DNA of 64,000 nucleotides from Bdellovibrionales bacterium (GCA_031370005.1 JANMPT010000028.1:160001-224000); one strand, 5' to 3'; positions 44,153 through 55,586 are shown, counted from the stretch's first letter. Notes: generated from the letters alone by a model not told the origin. Translations and numbers: made by a program.

Positions 44153-44563
44153 TCACCACTTCTCACTACGCATACGTTTATTGTTGGAATCTTTTTTCTT
44201 GGAATCCAAACGCTTGCGTTGTGAAGATCTAGTTGGTTTTGTTTTGATACGTTTTTTAGGTACAAAAAGCGCTTTATCGAGAATCTCTTCAAACCTTCGA
44301 ATGGCTTCCTTTCGGTTGCTATCTTGATCGCGATGAGTTTCAGCACGGATTAGAAGCTCACCCTCTTTAGTGAGTTGAGAGCTAAGCTTACTCACAAGGC
44401 GGTCTTTAACAACGCCTGCAAACGCCTGAGTTGCAATCAGACTCCAGCGCAAAATCACGGCGGATTCGGTACGATTGACGTGTTGCCCCCCTGCTCCACG
44501 ACTCCGTGTAAACTCGAAGCAAATTTCGCGACTGACTATCTGCTGTAAAAGTTCGCTGTTCAT
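44153..44563 (-). CDS. arfB: Alternative ribosome rescue peptidyl-tRNA hydrolase
   Basis: GAGGQHVN; basic tail RIKTKPTRSSQRKRLDSKK. Confidence 0.92.
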   Translation of the reverse strand: MNSELLQQIVSREICFEFTRSRGAGGQHVNRTESAVILRWSLIATQAFAGVVKDRLVSKLSSQLTKEGELLIRAETHRDQDSNRKEAIRRFEEILDKALFVPKKRIKTKPTRSSQRKRLDSKKKDSNNKRMRSEKW

Positions 44564-44606
44564 GAGCTCTATTTTAGAGGCTAATGAATACCTCGTTCAA
44601 CTGTTT

Positions 44607-46109
44607 TCAATATGCCTTTGCAAAAATCACGCGACGCTTAGATGGCTTGCCAGTGAAAATACAAATTCCACTCTCATCAGGTCCCTCCAAGGGGATACAT
44701 CGCGGAGTTACTTTGAGCCTCGTCAACAGCTCATGATTGATAGCCGCTTCGTTCCAGTGAACCATTGCAAAACCACCGGCTTGAGATTCCGCATCACCTC
44801 CGAAGAAGCTTTCGAAGTCCTTAAGACTCTCGATTTTCTTTGTGTTCGCGTCGCGAAGGAGCTTGGCGCGATTATAGATATTCTGCTGAATCTCTTCGAG
44901 CATTTGTGGCAACGCTCCAACGAAGGTGGCGCGAGGTATACCTGCTTTTTCTTTAACACCTTTGTCACGGCGACCGACGAAAACCTCGCCTTTTACCATA
45001 TCGCGCGGGCCCACCTCCACGCGAACTGGAACCCCTTGCTTAATATAATGCCAAGCCTTTTCCCCGCCGCGAAGATCGCGATCATCAATTTTCACTGAAA
45101 TAGGCTGGTCAGCATATTTCGCGGAACGGATTTCCTTTTCAAGGCTTCTGACATATTCAAGGACTTGCGAGCGCTCGTCATCACTGCGATAAATTGGCAG
45201 AATTACCACCTGCAGCGGTGCAATTTTTGGCGGAAGAACCAAACCGTCATCATCACTATGACTCATAATCAAGCCGCCGATTAATCGCGTTGAAACCCCC
45301 CAGGAAGTGGTCCACGCCACCTCCTCTTTGCCTTCAGAGTTTAAAAACTTGATTCCTGACGCTTTGGCAAAATTTTGCCCTAGAAAATGGGAGGTCCCCG
45401 CCTGTAGCGCCTTTCGATCCTGCATCAGGGCCTCTATCGTATAAGTATCTACAGCACCAGGGAATCTTTCATCCGGGGTTTTCATTCCTTTGATCACTGG
45501 CATCGCCATATAGTTTTCAGCAAAATCTGCATAAACGTCAAGCATACGCAATGTTTCCTCTTGAGCCTCTTTGGCCGTAGAATGAACCGTATGTCCCTCT
45601 TGCCACAAAAATTCAGTTGTTCTAAGAAACATTCGCGTGCGCATTTCCCAGCGCATGACATTGCACCACTGATTCATCAAAAGCGGCAGATCACGGTAAG
45701 ACTTCACCCATTTTGCATACATGTGGCCAATGATCGTTTCGCTGGTTGGACGGATGATCAGAGGCTCTTCAAGTTTTCCGTCAGGAACCAACTTGCCATC
45801 AGGGCCTGCTTTCAAGCGATGATGAGTGACGACCGCGCACTCTTTAGCAAAACCTTCGACATGCTCAGCTTCCTGCTCAAGAAAGCTGAGCGGAATTAGC
45901 AGTGGAAAGTATGCGTTCACATGTCCGGTCTCTTTGAACTTGCCATCAAGTATCTTTTGCATGTTTTCCCAAATGGCGTAACCATTGGGCTTAATAACCA
46001 TACAGCCACGAACCGGAGAATTCTCTGCCATATCCGCTGCTTTAATGACCTCTTGATACCATTCAGGATAGTTTTCTGCTCGAGTGGGAGTAATTGCAGT
46101 ACTTGCCAT
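44607..46109 (-). CDS. proS: Prolyl-tRNA synthetase (archaeal/eukaryote-like type)
   Basis: [40 protein letters not shown] end. Confidence 0.96.
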   Translation of the reverse strand: MASTAITPTRAENYPEWYQEVIKAADMAENSPVRGCMVIKPNGYAIWENMQKILDGKFKETGHVNAYFPLLIPLSFLEQEAEHVEGFAKECAVVTHHRLKAGPDGKLVPDGKLEEPLIIRPTSETIIGHMYAKWVKSYRDLPLLMNQWCNVMRWEMRTRMFLRTTEFLWQEGHTVHSTAKEAQEETLRMLDVYADFAENYMAMPVIKGMKTPDERFPGAVDTYTIEALMQDRKALQAGTSHFLGQNFAKASGIKFLNSEGKEEVAWTTSWGVSTRLIGGLIMSHSDDDGLVLPPKIAPLQVVILPIYRSDDERSQVLEYVRSLEKEIRSAKYADQPISVKIDDRDLRGGEKAWHYIKQGVPVRVEVGPRDMVKGEVFVGRRDKGVKEKAGIPRATFVGALPQMLEEIQQNIYNRAKLLRDANTKKIESLKDFESFFGGDAESQAGGFAMVHWNEAAINHELLTRLKVTPRCIPLEGPDESGICIFTGKPSKRRVIFAKAY

Positions 46110-47479
46110 TATGACACCTCAATTCCATAGCTCTTGATCTTACGATGTAAATAACTTCTTTCAAGTCCGATCACTTCAGCCGTCCTGCTGATGTTTCCAC
46201 CGTTTTCCGCAATTTTGTTAAGCAAATATTCTTTTTCAAACCGCGCACGCGCTTCGCGGAAGGTGGACATTGTTGCTGTATTCATTTTCTCACCCTCTTT
46301 GTCAACTAGCCCCGCAAAATGCACATCATGGAGATCCACGAATTCCCCCGGAGTGAGAATGTATACACGCTCGATGAAGTTTTTAAGCTCACGCACATTT
46401 CCAGGCCATTCGTATTTTTTCATAGCCACCATCGCCTGCTCAGAGAAAACCTTTTTTAAATATCCACCTTCACGCGAAACATAGTCGCTGAAGTAGGACG
46501 TCAAAACGGCGATGTCCTCAGGGCGCTCACGCAAAGTCGGTAAGCGAAATGGAATAATATTAAGTTTATAGTAAAGGTCCTCACTGAAGCGGCCTTCTTT
46601 GACTAGCCGCTCAAGATCCTTTGCCGTGGTTGCCACAATACGAACATCACTGAGAATCACTTTTGAGCTGCCGACTCGACAATAAGCTTTTGTATCGTAA
46701 AATTTCACTAATCGATGCTGCACCTCAGGAGTCAAAGCGGAAACTTCGTTCAAAAAAAGAGTTCCACCCTCGGCTAGCTCGAGCTTTCCTTTTTTAACTT
46801 TATCGACGCCAGGCATGGCACCTTTTTCGATGCCAAAGATTTCACTTTCGAGCAAATCCTCCGGGATGGCACCGCAGTTGATATCAACAAAAACCCTCCC
46901 CGCACGGCTACTTAAATAATGGATATTCTGAGCTGCCAAGGCCTTGCCAACACCTGCCTCGCCTACTACTAAAATCCACGATTGCGTTGGAGCCATCTTA
47001 GCAATGATCTGCTTTGTTGCCATGATTGCCGGCGCTTCGCCAATCAAAGCTATACTCTTGCGTAGTTTATTCAAGAGAAGGGCTTTCTCTTCTTTTTCCT
47101 GCTGATAGTTCAAGATGTTGGAAATAATAATGCTAATTTTATCCATGGATACAGGTTTTTCAACAAAATCATAGGCTCCAAGTTTCGTAGCTTTCACCGC
47201 AGTTTCAATAGTGCCATGACCTGAAATCATCACAAAATCCACAGATGGAAATTCCTTGCGGGCTTGATTGAGAACCTGGATCCCATCCAACTCTCCTGGC
47301 ATCCAGATATCTAAAAACACAATATCAGGATTAAACTGACGAATTGCCTGAAGGCCCGAAACCCCATCATGGGCACTGGAAACTATATATCCCTCATCTT
47401 TTAAAGTGGCACCCAAGACCTCTCGTATAGGAGCCTCATCGTCGATAATTAATATTTTGTAGTTCTTATTTTCACTCAT
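46109..47479 (-). CDS. ntrX: NtrX-like response regulator (REC-AAA-Fis HTH), degenerate sigma54-activation motifs
   Basis: [34 protein letters not shown]; coupled to NtrY-like kinase. Confidence 0.8.
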   Translation of the reverse strand: MSENKNYKILIIDDEAPIREVLGATLKDEGYIVSSAHDGVSGLQAIRQFNPDIVFLDIWMPGELDGIQVLNQARKEFPSVDFVMISGHGTIETAVKATKLGAYDFVEKPVSMDKISIIISNILNYQQEKEEKALLLNKLRKSIALIGEAPAIMATKQIIAKMAPTQSWILVVGEAGVGKALAAQNIHYLSSRAGRVFVDINCGAIPEDLLESEIFGIEKGAMPGVDKVKKGKLELAEGGTLFLNEVSALTPEVQHRLVKFYDTKAYCRVGSSKVILSDVRIVATTAKDLERLVKEGRFSEDLYYKLNIIPFRLPTLRERPEDIAVLTSYFSDYVSREGGYLKKVFSEQAMVAMKKYEWPGNVRELKNFIERVYILTPGEFVDLHDVHFAGLVDKEGEKMNTATMSTFREARARFEKEYLLNKIAENGGNISRTAEVIGLERSYLHRKIKSYGIEVS

Positions 47480-49767
47480 GTTTTGTTCCCTGCCTTCGAC
47501 GGCGTCCAGGCGTCAACAGCGTTGACCGGAAGCTCCATTAGCATTTTAGTTCCCCTAGGCTCATTCGCTATGGCACGAATAAAACCGCTATGGTCTTCAA
47601 TTATTCTTTTAACAATCGGAAGGCCCAAGCCGGTGCCGCCCTCTTTTGTACTATAGTATGGCTCAAAAATACGGTTGCGGTCACTGACTGGAATACCTTC
47701 GCCATTATCTGCCACCGTGAGTCTTGCGATCTTTAAATCACTATCATAGCGAGTCACGACTTTAATCTCGGGATTTGACTCTTTTCCAAGCGCAGCCACC
47801 GAGTTATCAATTAAGTTCACGAAGACCCGACGTATTTGATCCGGATCAAATTTAAAATCAGGTAGGCTTACATCATCATCAAATTGAAATTTAACCTGAG
47901 GGTGCGCCTGCCTAAAGACCATCAAGGACTCTTCAACCACACGGTTCAATGTGCCGCGGACCGGCTTGCTTTGCGGCAAGCGAGCAAACTGACTGAACTC
48001 ATTGACCATTTTCTTTAAATTATCAACCTGATGAATAATCATATTTGTGCATTCGCCAAAGGCAGGATCCGTCACCTGAGCGCCAAATTTCCTTTGTAAG
48101 CGTTCTGCAGAAAGTTTAATAGGAGTCAGTGGGTTTTTAATTTCATGAGCAATACGCCGAGCCACCTCCGTCCAGGCGGCAGCTCGCTGTGCGTTTACAA
48201 TCGGACTCATATCATCAAATACCAAGATTTTACCGACCTCATCGCCTTTTTCATCCTTCAAAATTGAAAGATTCATTTGTAGTGGTATCGCCTGTCCTTG
48301 CACATTGACATGAAATTCCTTTTGGATGTGTTCAATTTTGTGATCCTGCATGGTCTTAAGCAGCTCTGAGAATGTGCGAAAGTACTCGAGCGTCAAAAGC
48401 TCACGCACAGGGCGGCCGATATACTTTGCAGGATCAATCTTCAAAAGATCACCAGCGTGACGGTTCAAAGTGGTAATAGACCCGTCTTTACCTACAGAAA
48501 TTACACCTGTACTAACGTTTCCAAGCACAACTTCGATATATCGATTGTGCTGAGCCAAGTCTTGCAAAGTGTGCTGAAGATTCAAATTTGCTTCTTTGAC
48601 TTCATGCTCGGAGGCCTCTAGCGTATCGGTCATTTTATTAAATGAGGTAATTAAAAGTGCAATTTCCTCACTGCCAGAGCTGGTTTCAAGTTTTTGGCTA
48701 TAATCGCCACTCGCCACTCTGAGTGTTGCCTTCCCCAGTTGCACTAAGGGAACTGCTAGCTGTTTTGCCAAATAGAATCCGAACCAGGTTGCTGCAAGCA
48801 GAATTACAAAAGTAATTAAAAATAAAATAATCAAATATATGGACTTAAGCGGATACTCCAGAGGATTAATATCTCGAAATTCTTCGTAAGCGGTCCCCAC
48901 ATCATTCATACGCGAAATTAAGGACAAGGGAACAAAGCTCGAGACAACAACAGCCCCGCGATCTTCCCCTTCTTTCACTGGAACTATCACTCGTACGAGA
49001 TTCCCTTCGCCGAATTGATGAATAGTACTCCACTCTTTGTGGGCCTTGACCCCTTTTTGTAAGAACTCGAGGGACACTGGTGGAATCGGAGGGATATTGT
49101 CATCCTCCGCAAAAGCATACAGACGCCCCTGAAATAAAGATGGGTAGTACTCAACAGAGTCCAAAGCGTATTCTTTTTGCAGTTGCTTAAGGCTTCTTTG
49201 AATGGCTCGGGGCCTACGCTCTTTTTGAATTTTCTCAGCTATTTGATGAGCGAAATGATAATTTTTTGTTTTAGCTCCAGCATAGTAGGCATTGGTAACC
49301 TCAAGAGAGCTTTTTAAGACTCCAACCATTTTAACGCTAAACCATTTGTCAAAACTTGAATTGATATAAAACACCGAAATAATGAACATCAGCAAGGTTG
49401 GCACCGTACTAAATGCGACGAAGGCCGCAATAAGCTTCGCCTTTAAACTGCTGCCGAAGATCTTTCCCCGGCGCTCCACAAAAACTTTTACAATATTGCG
49501 GAAGATCAGGAAGATCAGGAGCAGTAATAAAATAATATTAAAGTTAACGAGACCGAAAAAAAATATACTATGGACAAAGGGTAATGTTTTACTGGTTGCC
49601 AGAATACGAATCTCAAGCCATGTCAAAAAGAAAACGGACAATGACAACAATGCAATCGTGAGAATCTCACGACGCCTTTTCCTTTGCTCCATTTTGGGAG
49701 AAAGATCCACGACTTTTGCCTCGCGGATTTCGCTATCATTTTCGTTTGGTGTTTTATACTGATTCAT
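47476..49767 (-). CDS. ntrY: NtrY-like sensor histidine kinase (TM-HAMP-PAS-HisKA-HATPase)
   Basis: SFDKWF, AAWTEVARRIAHEIKNPLTPIKLSAERL, GTGLGL. Confidence 0.88.
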   Translation of the reverse strand: MNQYKTPNENDSEIREAKVVDLSPKMEQRKRRREILTIALLSLSVFFLTWLEIRILATSKTLPFVHSIFFFGLVNFNIILLLLLIFLIFRNIVKVFVERRGKIFGSSLKAKLIAAFVAFSTVPTLLMFIISVFYINSSFDKWFSVKMVGVLKSSLEVTNAYYAGAKTKNYHFAHQIAEKIQKERRPRAIQRSLKQLQKEYALDSVEYYPSLFQGRLYAFAEDDNIPPIPPVSLEFLQKGVKAHKEWSTIHQFGEGNLVRVIVPVKEGEDRGAVVVSSFVPLSLISRMNDVGTAYEEFRDINPLEYPLKSIYLIILFLITFVILLAATWFGFYLAKQLAVPLVQLGKATLRVASGDYSQKLETSSGSEEIALLITSFNKMTDTLEASEHEVKEANLNLQHTLQDLAQHNRYIEVVLGNVSTGVISVGKDGSITTLNRHAGDLLKIDPAKYIGRPVRELLTLEYFRTFSELLKTMQDHKIEHIQKEFHVNVQGQAIPLQMNLSILKDEKGDEVGKILVFDDMSPIVNAQRAAAWTEVARRIAHEIKNPLTPIKLSAERLQRKFGAQVTDPAFGECTNMIIHQVDNLKKMVNEFSQFARLPQSKPVRGTLNRVVEESLMVFRQAHPQVKFQFDDDVSLPDFKFDPDQIRRVFVNLIDNSVAALGKESNPEIKVVTRYDSDLKIARLTVADNGEGIPVSDRNRIFEPYYSTKEGGTGLGLPIVKRIIEDHSGFIRAIANEPRGTKMLMELPVNAVDAWTPSKAGNKT

Positions 49768-49776
49768 TGAATAAGT

Positions 49777-50274
49777 TTATTTCTTTTTCACTTTCTTGGT
49801 AGGCTTTTTTGCTGTCTTTTTACGAACGGATTGAGCAGCTTCTTTTGCAAGTTCATTTAAAAGCCCCATCATCTCTAGGACGACTTGAGCGGACTCTGTT
49901 CCTTTATTACCACACTCGCCGCCGGCGCGCTCCATCGCCTGCTCGTCATTTTCTGTGGTGAGAACACCAAACCCGATTGGTCTGTTGTATTCAAGCATCA
50001 ACGCCGTCACACCGCGCTCCACACTATTGCAAACATAATCATAATGTGATGTTTCTCCACGTATGACAGCACCAAGAGCTACAACCCCACCGCAGCCGGC
50101 GTCAAATAAAGCTCTGCATGCAAGTGGGATTTCCACTGCTCCTGGAACCTTTACTGCAAGCACTTCAACTCCGCAACTTTCAAGGTAGCTGAGCGCTCCT
50201 TCTTCCAATCTGTCAGTCACTTCACTATTAAAACGCGCAGTGACCACCCCCACTCTTGGTGTTTGATATTTCAT
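49777..50274 (-). CDS. ribH: 6,7-dimethyl-8-ribityllumazine synthase
   Basis: ARFN, VPGAVEIP, VIRGETSHYDYV, FGVLT. Confidence 0.96.
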   Translation of the reverse strand: MKYQTPRVGVVTARFNSEVTDRLEEGALSYLESCGVEVLAVKVPGAVEIPLACRALFDAGCGGVVALGAVIRGETSHYDYVCNSVERGVTALMLEYNRPIGFGVLTTENDEQAMERAGGECGNKGTESAQVVLEMMGLLNELAKEAAQSVRKKTAKKPTKKVKKK

Positions 50275-50275
50275 G

Positions 50276-50896
50276 CTATTCCTTTAACTTTTGTCGAAAC
50301 TGAATCAGATCAACAATGGTACCAATTTTTAAATTATGTTTTTTTGCAAAAATTTTCAGATCCGCAACTCGCGCCATGGTTCCGTCATCGTTGATAACTT
50401 CGCAAATCACTGCCGCTGGATTTAGTCCGGCTAAAGTAGCTAAATCCACACTGCCCTCCGTGTGCCCCGCCCGACTCAAAACCCCTCCCGCCTGAGCACG
50501 GATCGGAAAAACATGACCAGGCATATGAATATCCTCTGGCCTTGCCTGCGGATTCGAAGCCACTTTAATTGTGCGTGCGCGATCTGCTGCAGAGATTCCA
50601 GTGCTTACACCGCTTGCAGCCTCAACGCTAACGGTAAAAGCAGTTTTGTTTGAAGTGTGATTCATATGCAATGGCACCATTTGTGGAAGCTGCAAACGTT
50701 CAACTTGATAAGGGCTGAGTGCTAAACATATCAAGCCTCGAGCCTCGCGAGCCATAAAGCTAATGGCCTCTGGAGTAATATGATCAGCTGCCAGTACGAG
50801 GTCGCCCTCATTTTCACGATCCTCATCATCAATAAGAATAACCATTTTGGAGGCACGAATTTCTGAGATTAGCTCTTCTATGGGATCAAAACTCAT
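50276..50896 (-). CDS. ribB: 3,4-dihydroxy-2-butanone-4-phosphate synthase (stand-alone)
   Basis: DDEDRENEGD, TAFTVS, GISAADR, GHTE. Confidence 0.95.
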   Translation of the reverse strand: MSFDPIEELISEIRASKMVILIDDEDRENEGDLVLAADHITPEAISFMAREARGLICLALSPYQVERLQLPQMVPLHMNHTSNKTAFTVSVEAASGVSTGISAADRARTIKVASNPQARPEDIHMPGHVFPIRAQAGGVLSRAGHTEGSVDLATLAGLNPAAVICEVINDDGTMARVADLKIFAKKHNLKIGTIVDLIQFRQKLKE

Positions 50897-51501
50897 TCGG
50901 ACTCCATGTTTTTTGAAACGGCAGCAGCAACCGCCGCGCGAGCCATATAATCTGGCTCAATATTCACAACCTGACCTGGCTTTAAACTTCCAAGATTCGT
51001 GCGCTTTAAAGTCTCCGGAATTAAGCAGACCTCAACCACGGAGTTTTTTATTTCATTCACCGTTAGACTAACTCCATTAATAGCAATACTTCCCTTTTTC
51101 CAAACATAAGGAAGAATGGACGAGGCCACTTTGACATTCAAGAAAAAGGATTCACCCGCAGGCTTTGCAACCAAAACCTCCGCAAGACTGTCTATGTGAC
51201 CAGTAACTAAGTGGCCATGAATGCGTTCACCAAAGCGAAGGGATCTTTCTAAATTCACCTTTTTGCCGAGCCAATTTGCTGGACTCCAGTTGAGAATCCG
51301 AAGAGTCTCCGCAGCTAAGGCAAACGTAATTTGATTTTCATCGAAGGCTTCCACGGTAAGGCAGACCCCGTCCATAGCGATGCTATCGCCCAAATGCAAA
51401 TCCTCAAATTCGTTTGGCCTTATAACTTGAATTCGGTAAGCATTCGCCAATTCTTGCGAGCTCTTAATTTCACTGACAGCCTCGATGATCCCTGAAAACA
51501 T
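50893..51501 (-). CDS. ribE: Riboflavin synthase
   Basis: MFSGII, GVCLTV, VNLER, GHLVTGH, GVSLTVN. Confidence 0.95.
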   Translation of the reverse strand: MFSGIIEAVSEIKSSQELANAYRIQVIRPNEFEDLHLGDSIAMDGVCLTVEAFDENQITFALAAETLRILNWSPANWLGKKVNLERSLRFGERIHGHLVTGHIDSLAEVLVAKPAGESFFLNVKVASSILPYVWKKGSIAINGVSLTVNEIKNSVVEVCLIPETLKRTNLGSLKPGQVVNIEPDYMARAAVAAAVSKNMESE

Positions 51502-51525
51502 AAAAAGGCCCCTTTGATGGGGCGA

Positions 51526-51554
51526 AAACTACACTCCCTACGATGACTTGGCAA
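51526..51554 (-). promoter_or_regulatory. Putative sigma70 promoter of rib-ntrYX-proS operon
   Basis: TTGCCA-N17-TAGTTT. Confidence 0.5.
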
Positions 51555-51623
51555 GAAAAGCGGGCTTTTTCAAGCCCCCTTTTAGTGGTTTTTTGATTTT
51601 TAGCCCCAAGGGGCGTTCAAAGC

Positions 51624-52718
51624 CTACTTAGCGACTTTCGCGGCAGCAACATCAGGAGCCAACTTCAGGATTTTCACCTTCGCACCTAATACTGGGTTTT
51701 CATCGGTTTGAGCGATTACTTTCCCGCGAGAAACCTCGTCTCCGACCCAGTCAAGCTCAATTGTTGCCACTGGAGTTGCCGCTCCACCACCGTAATATCT
51801 AGAATTGCAAGGGTCACCTTCCCAGTAGTAAAGTTCATTGTAAATATTGAACTGATCACCCACTTTTGCATTCACATTTGCTCCACCTAAAATAACTAAA
51901 TGCGTATCATGATCCATTAACACGCGCGAATACCATTCTTCTTTTGCCTTAAGACCATCATACAGAGCTCCCACCCCCGAAATCAGTGCTTTCTCAGTCA
52001 CCTTCGCCAATGGAGTCTGATAGTACGCGCTCGGTCCAACCTGGAAAGCGCCAATGTCTAAAGTAAAGTTCACTTTTGTTTTGGTTTGCATTGAAGTTAT
52101 ATTAGCTGCTGCCAAAAGTCCGTTCGTCAAAGGATGAGTGGCCATCATACTCAATGCCAATTGAGCCCACTCAATACTAAAACCAAGGCCAGTAAGACCT
52201 GATATATCAATCGGGCCCGCCGCATTAAAACCAATTTGCACCCCAGCTCCTCCAATCATTTCGAAGGCATTTACCGAGCCTGCAATACGAGCATTTGGCA
52301 AATTGATCAAGCACTCGGCTGTCGTCGAGTATTGAGGTTTTTCAGTGACGCCCGCATTAGCTGCAAAGGCTTTCATCATGACTTTATCGTTAGCAGAGAC
52401 ATTCAGAGTTTTTGACTCGACCAAAGCACTGTTTGCTGTGGGTACCACAACAACTGGAGGTGCATATCGTAAAGCAAAGTGCTCACTATTTTGCAGGACG
52501 CTGTAAACCTGCTGATTCGCAACATATTGAAAGTCAAAACTTCCACCTTGAGGAAGTGTAATACTCGGCGATGTTATCTTACCCATCTCGACGATACGCT
52601 TAAGCTCTCGTTGCGCTACAGGAGTCTGCTGGCAGGACTGATTTCCCATCATTAGGCCTGCGGTCGAAAGCAACACCCCGGCCTTTAGTGCGTTTTTTAA
52701 AGTCTTGTGTGAACCCAT
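51624..52718 (-). CDS. Probable lipoprotein, CsgG/HfaB/FlgT-like
   Basis: Signal with GNQSC Cys; IAGSVNAFE core; C-terminal GG..AKVGDQFNIY..VATIEL resembles FlgT-C. Confidence 0.55.
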   Translation of the reverse strand: MGSHKTLKNALKAGVLLSTAGLMMGNQSCQQTPVAQRELKRIVEMGKITSPSITLPQGGSFDFQYVANQQVYSVLQNSEHFALRYAPPVVVVPTANSALVESKTLNVSANDKVMMKAFAANAGVTEKPQYSTTAECLINLPNARIAGSVNAFEMIGGAGVQIGFNAAGPIDISGLTGLGFSIEWAQLALSMMATHPLTNGLLAAANITSMQTKTKVNFTLDIGAFQVGPSAYYQTPLAKVTEKALISGVGALYDGLKAKEEWYSRVLMDHDTHLVILGGANVNAKVGDQFNIYNELYYWEGDPCNSRYYGGGAATPVATIELDWVGDEVSRGKVIAQTDENPVLGAKVKILKLAPDVAAAKVAK

Positions 52719-52772
52719 CTGCTCCTCCAGTTTACGTTGGTCTGATGGTGGTTTTTTATTGCTACATACCTC

Positions 52773-52811
52773 CTTTCGGCTGGACCTTCGGCAGAGTTGA
52801 GTTTTTTTTTA
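52773..52811 (-). promoter_or_regulatory. Tandem sigma28 (FliA)-like promoters
   Basis: TAAA-N15-GCCGAAGG (52811-52785) and TCAA-N16-GCCGAAAG (52800-52773). Confidence 0.6.
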
Positions 52812-52860
52812 AACTAAAGTCGCGGCGGTGCGAAATCGTCAAAAAGTTTTGCTGATTACA

Positions 52861-52895
52861 AAAAATTAAAAGACCGTGACTAGTTAGCACGGTCT
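52861..52895 (-). terminator. Intrinsic terminator after clpB
   Basis: AGACCGTG-N9-CACGGTCT followed by TTTAATTTTT on minus strand. Confidence 0.65.
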
Positions 52896-52949
52896 AGGTG
52901 TGAAGATATCGACAATATTTTTGGCACAGAAGTGTTATGAGAGATCTTA

Positions 52950-55538
52950 CTACTTCTTGATAATCTTGAGATCTGAACCCTGGGCTTCTATTAGTACGGT
53001 GTCTCCCAAACGCACATCTCCTGCAATGATGAGTTTAGAGAGAGGATTCAACAGATCATTTTGAATAACTCGCTTTAAAGGTCGGGCTCCATAAACTGGA
53101 TCATAACCCTTTTTCGCCAAAAACTGAACTGCATCGCTGCTGAAGTCGATATTAATTCGCTTCGCTTTCAAGCGCTCTGACACAAGATTGAGCTGTACTT
53201 TCACGATGCCTGCAATCTGCGACTCCCCGAGAGTCTTAAACATCACGATCTCATCGATGCGATTTAAGAACTCCGGACGGAAGTGCGCTCTCATTGCCTC
53301 GTTTACTGCTTTCTGCTTCTCTTCGTCACTCAGGCTTGGATCAATCAGGGCATGAGAACCAATGTTAGATGTCATAATCAATACGGTATTCTTAAAATCC
53401 ACGGTGCGACCTTGGCCGTCTGTCAGACGACCATCATCTAAAACCTGCAAGAGAATATTAAACACATCAACATGTGCCTTCTCGATTTCATCCAACAAGA
53501 CCACACTATAAGGTTTCCGACGAACGGCCTCAGTCAACTGACCGCCTTCCTCGTAACCTATATAGCCCGGAGGAGCCCCGACAAGTCTCGAGACTGAATG
53601 CTTTTCCATATACTCACTCATATCAATGCGAACCACCGATTGCTCATCATCAAAAAGAAACTCGGCTAAAGCCTTTACGGTTTCCGTTTTGCCAACACCC
53701 GTTGGCCCCAAAAAGATAAAGGTTCCAATAGGACGATTTGGATCCGAAATCTCTGCCCGTGCCCTGCGAATGGCATCCGCCACCACTACCAACGCATGAT
53801 CTTGACCAACCACGCGTTTACTGAGGTCCTCTTCCATATGAAGGAGTTTTTGCGATTCGCTCTCAAGCATTTTTGAAACTGGAATGCCCGTCCATTTCCC
53901 GACGATTTCAGCCACATCCTCAGGACTAACCTCTTCTTTGAGCATGCGCTCAGTGCCCGTGGTTTTGTGACTGCGGACTTCGAACTCCTTGAGTTTCTTT
54001 TCCATCTCCGGCAAGCGCCCATATTTTAGCTCAGCAGCTTTGCCCAGATCCCCTTCGCGCTCCGCCTTTTCAATAAGATTTTTAATTTCATCAATCTCAG
54101 CTTTGGCTTTTTTAATTTGCTCAATACCGCCTTTTTCGAAGTTCCACTGCTCCCGAAGTTGTTGGTTTTTTGCGGTGAGCTCCTTGATCTCCCCTTCAAT
54201 CACATGAAGACGTTCTCGGGCCCCCTCTTCTTTTTCTTTCTTTAAAGCTTCTTTTTCAATGCGTAACTGCATAAGCTCTCGCTCAATCTTATCAATCTCT
54301 TCAGGCACACTCTTTGTTTCAATGCTAAGCTTGCTCGCCGCCTCATCAATTAAATCAATAGCCTTATCTGGCAAAAAGCGATTTTGAATATACCGATGGG
54401 AAAGCTTTACTGCGGCCACCAACGCGGAATCCATGATGCGAATTCCATGATGAAGCTCGTATTTCTCTTTAAGACCGCGCAGAATCGTGATCGCATCATC
54501 AACATTAGGTTCATCGACAAGAACTGTCTGAAAGCGTCGCTCAAGAGCCGCATCTTTTTCGATATACTTTCGGTACTCTTCAAGAGTTGTAGCCCCAATG
54601 CAACGAAGCTCACCACGCGCGAGAGCCGGCTTTAACAACTGACCAGCATCCATGGCGCCTTCAGTCTTTCCGGCACCCACCAGATTATGGATCTCATCAA
54701 TAAAAAGAATGATCTGCCCGTTGCTTGAGGTGACTTCTTTAATCACGGCCTTCAAGCGGTCTTCAAATTCCCCACGATATTTCGCGCCAGCGATCAAAGC
54801 TCCCATATCTAAAGACATAAGCTTCTTACCGATAATATTTTCTGGAACATCTTGCTTGAGAATTCGAACGGCAAGCCCCTCTGCAATGGCTGTTTTGCCT
54901 ACTCCAGGCTCACCGATTAAAACCGGATTATTTTTTGTACGACGCGAAAGAACCTGAATCACTCGGCGAATTTCTTCGTCCCGCCCAACCACAGGGTCTA
55001 ATTTCCCTTCAGCAGCAAGGGCTGTTAAATCTCGGGCATATTTATTTAAAACCTCATATTTGTTTTCTGGATCATCATCAGTCACTTTTTGACTCCCTCT
55101 TAATTCTCTAAGAGCCTGCACAGTTGGTTCATGTTTTATTTGATGCTTTTTCAAAAAAGCATTCAAATCGCTGTCGCCCAGACCAAAAATTCCTAACAAA
55201 AAATGCTCAGTAGAAATATATGAGTCGCCCCAATCCACAGCGACCTTATCGGCCACAGTAAAAAGCTTTTGTAGCCTTTGACTAGCGAAGCCCTTCTGCC
55301 CCCCGCCTGTTACGCGCGGAAGCTTATCGATTTTTACCTTCAAATCATCTATCATTGATTTAACCGAAATATTTTGCTTTTCAACAATCCTCGGAACAAT
55401 TCCCTCCGACTGCTGAAGCAGCTCTAAAAGCAAATGCTCAGGCTCCACAGAGGGATTCCCTCGGCCCTCGGCGTTCTGTGCTGCGGCCTGCATGGCTTCC
55501 TGACTTTTGCGCGTCATTTTCTCAATCTCATTGCCCAT
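52950..55538 (-). CDS. clpB: ATP-dependent disaggregase ClpB
   Basis: Two AAA modules ([16 protein letters not shown]), coiled-coil M domain; ATG 55538 has GGAGAG RBS. Confidence 0.97.
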   Translation of the reverse strand: MGNEIEKMTRKSQEAMQAAAQNAEGRGNPSVEPEHLLLELLQQSEGIVPRIVEKQNISVKSMIDDLKVKIDKLPRVTGGGQKGFASQRLQKLFTVADKVAVDWGDSYISTEHFLLGIFGLGDSDLNAFLKKHQIKHEPTVQALRELRGSQKVTDDDPENKYEVLNKYARDLTALAAEGKLDPVVGRDEEIRRVIQVLSRRTKNNPVLIGEPGVGKTAIAEGLAVRILKQDVPENIIGKKLMSLDMGALIAGAKYRGEFEDRLKAVIKEVTSSNGQIILFIDEIHNLVGAGKTEGAMDAGQLLKPALARGELRCIGATTLEEYRKYIEKDAALERRFQTVLVDEPNVDDAITILRGLKEKYELHHGIRIMDSALVAAVKLSHRYIQNRFLPDKAIDLIDEAASKLSIETKSVPEEIDKIERELMQLRIEKEALKKEKEEGARERLHVIEGEIKELTAKNQQLREQWNFEKGGIEQIKKAKAEIDEIKNLIEKAEREGDLGKAAELKYGRLPEMEKKLKEFEVRSHKTTGTERMLKEEVSPEDVAEIVGKWTGIPVSKMLESESQKLLHMEEDLSKRVVGQDHALVVVADAIRRARAEISDPNRPIGTFIFLGPTGVGKTETVKALAEFLFDDEQSVVRIDMSEYMEKHSVSRLVGAPPGYIGYEEGGQLTEAVRRKPYSVVLLDEIEKAHVDVFNILLQVLDDGRLTDGQGRTVDFKNTVLIMTSNIGSHALIDPSLSDEEKQKAVNEAMRAHFRPEFLNRIDEIVMFKTLGESQIAGIVKVQLNLVSERLKAKRINIDFSSDAVQFLAKKGYDPVYGARPLKRVIQNDLLNPLSKLIIAGDVRLGDTVLIEAQGSDLKIIKK

Positions 55539-55586
55539 GAAACTCTCCATCCTATAATAAGAGTGAGTCCTTAGGAGAGATTGTCA

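Noticed and set aside
44475..45098. 207-aa plus-strand ORF
   Set aside because: Antisense to proS and arfB; no recognisable motifs
51502..51623. FMN riboswitch before ribE
   Set aside because: No RFN consensus, and the predicted promoter leaves only about 20 nt of leader
52762..52775. Start-stop minigene AAGGAGGT-ATG-TAG on the minus strand
   Set aside because: SD abuts the ATG with no spacer and overlaps the predicted promoter, so initiation is unlikely
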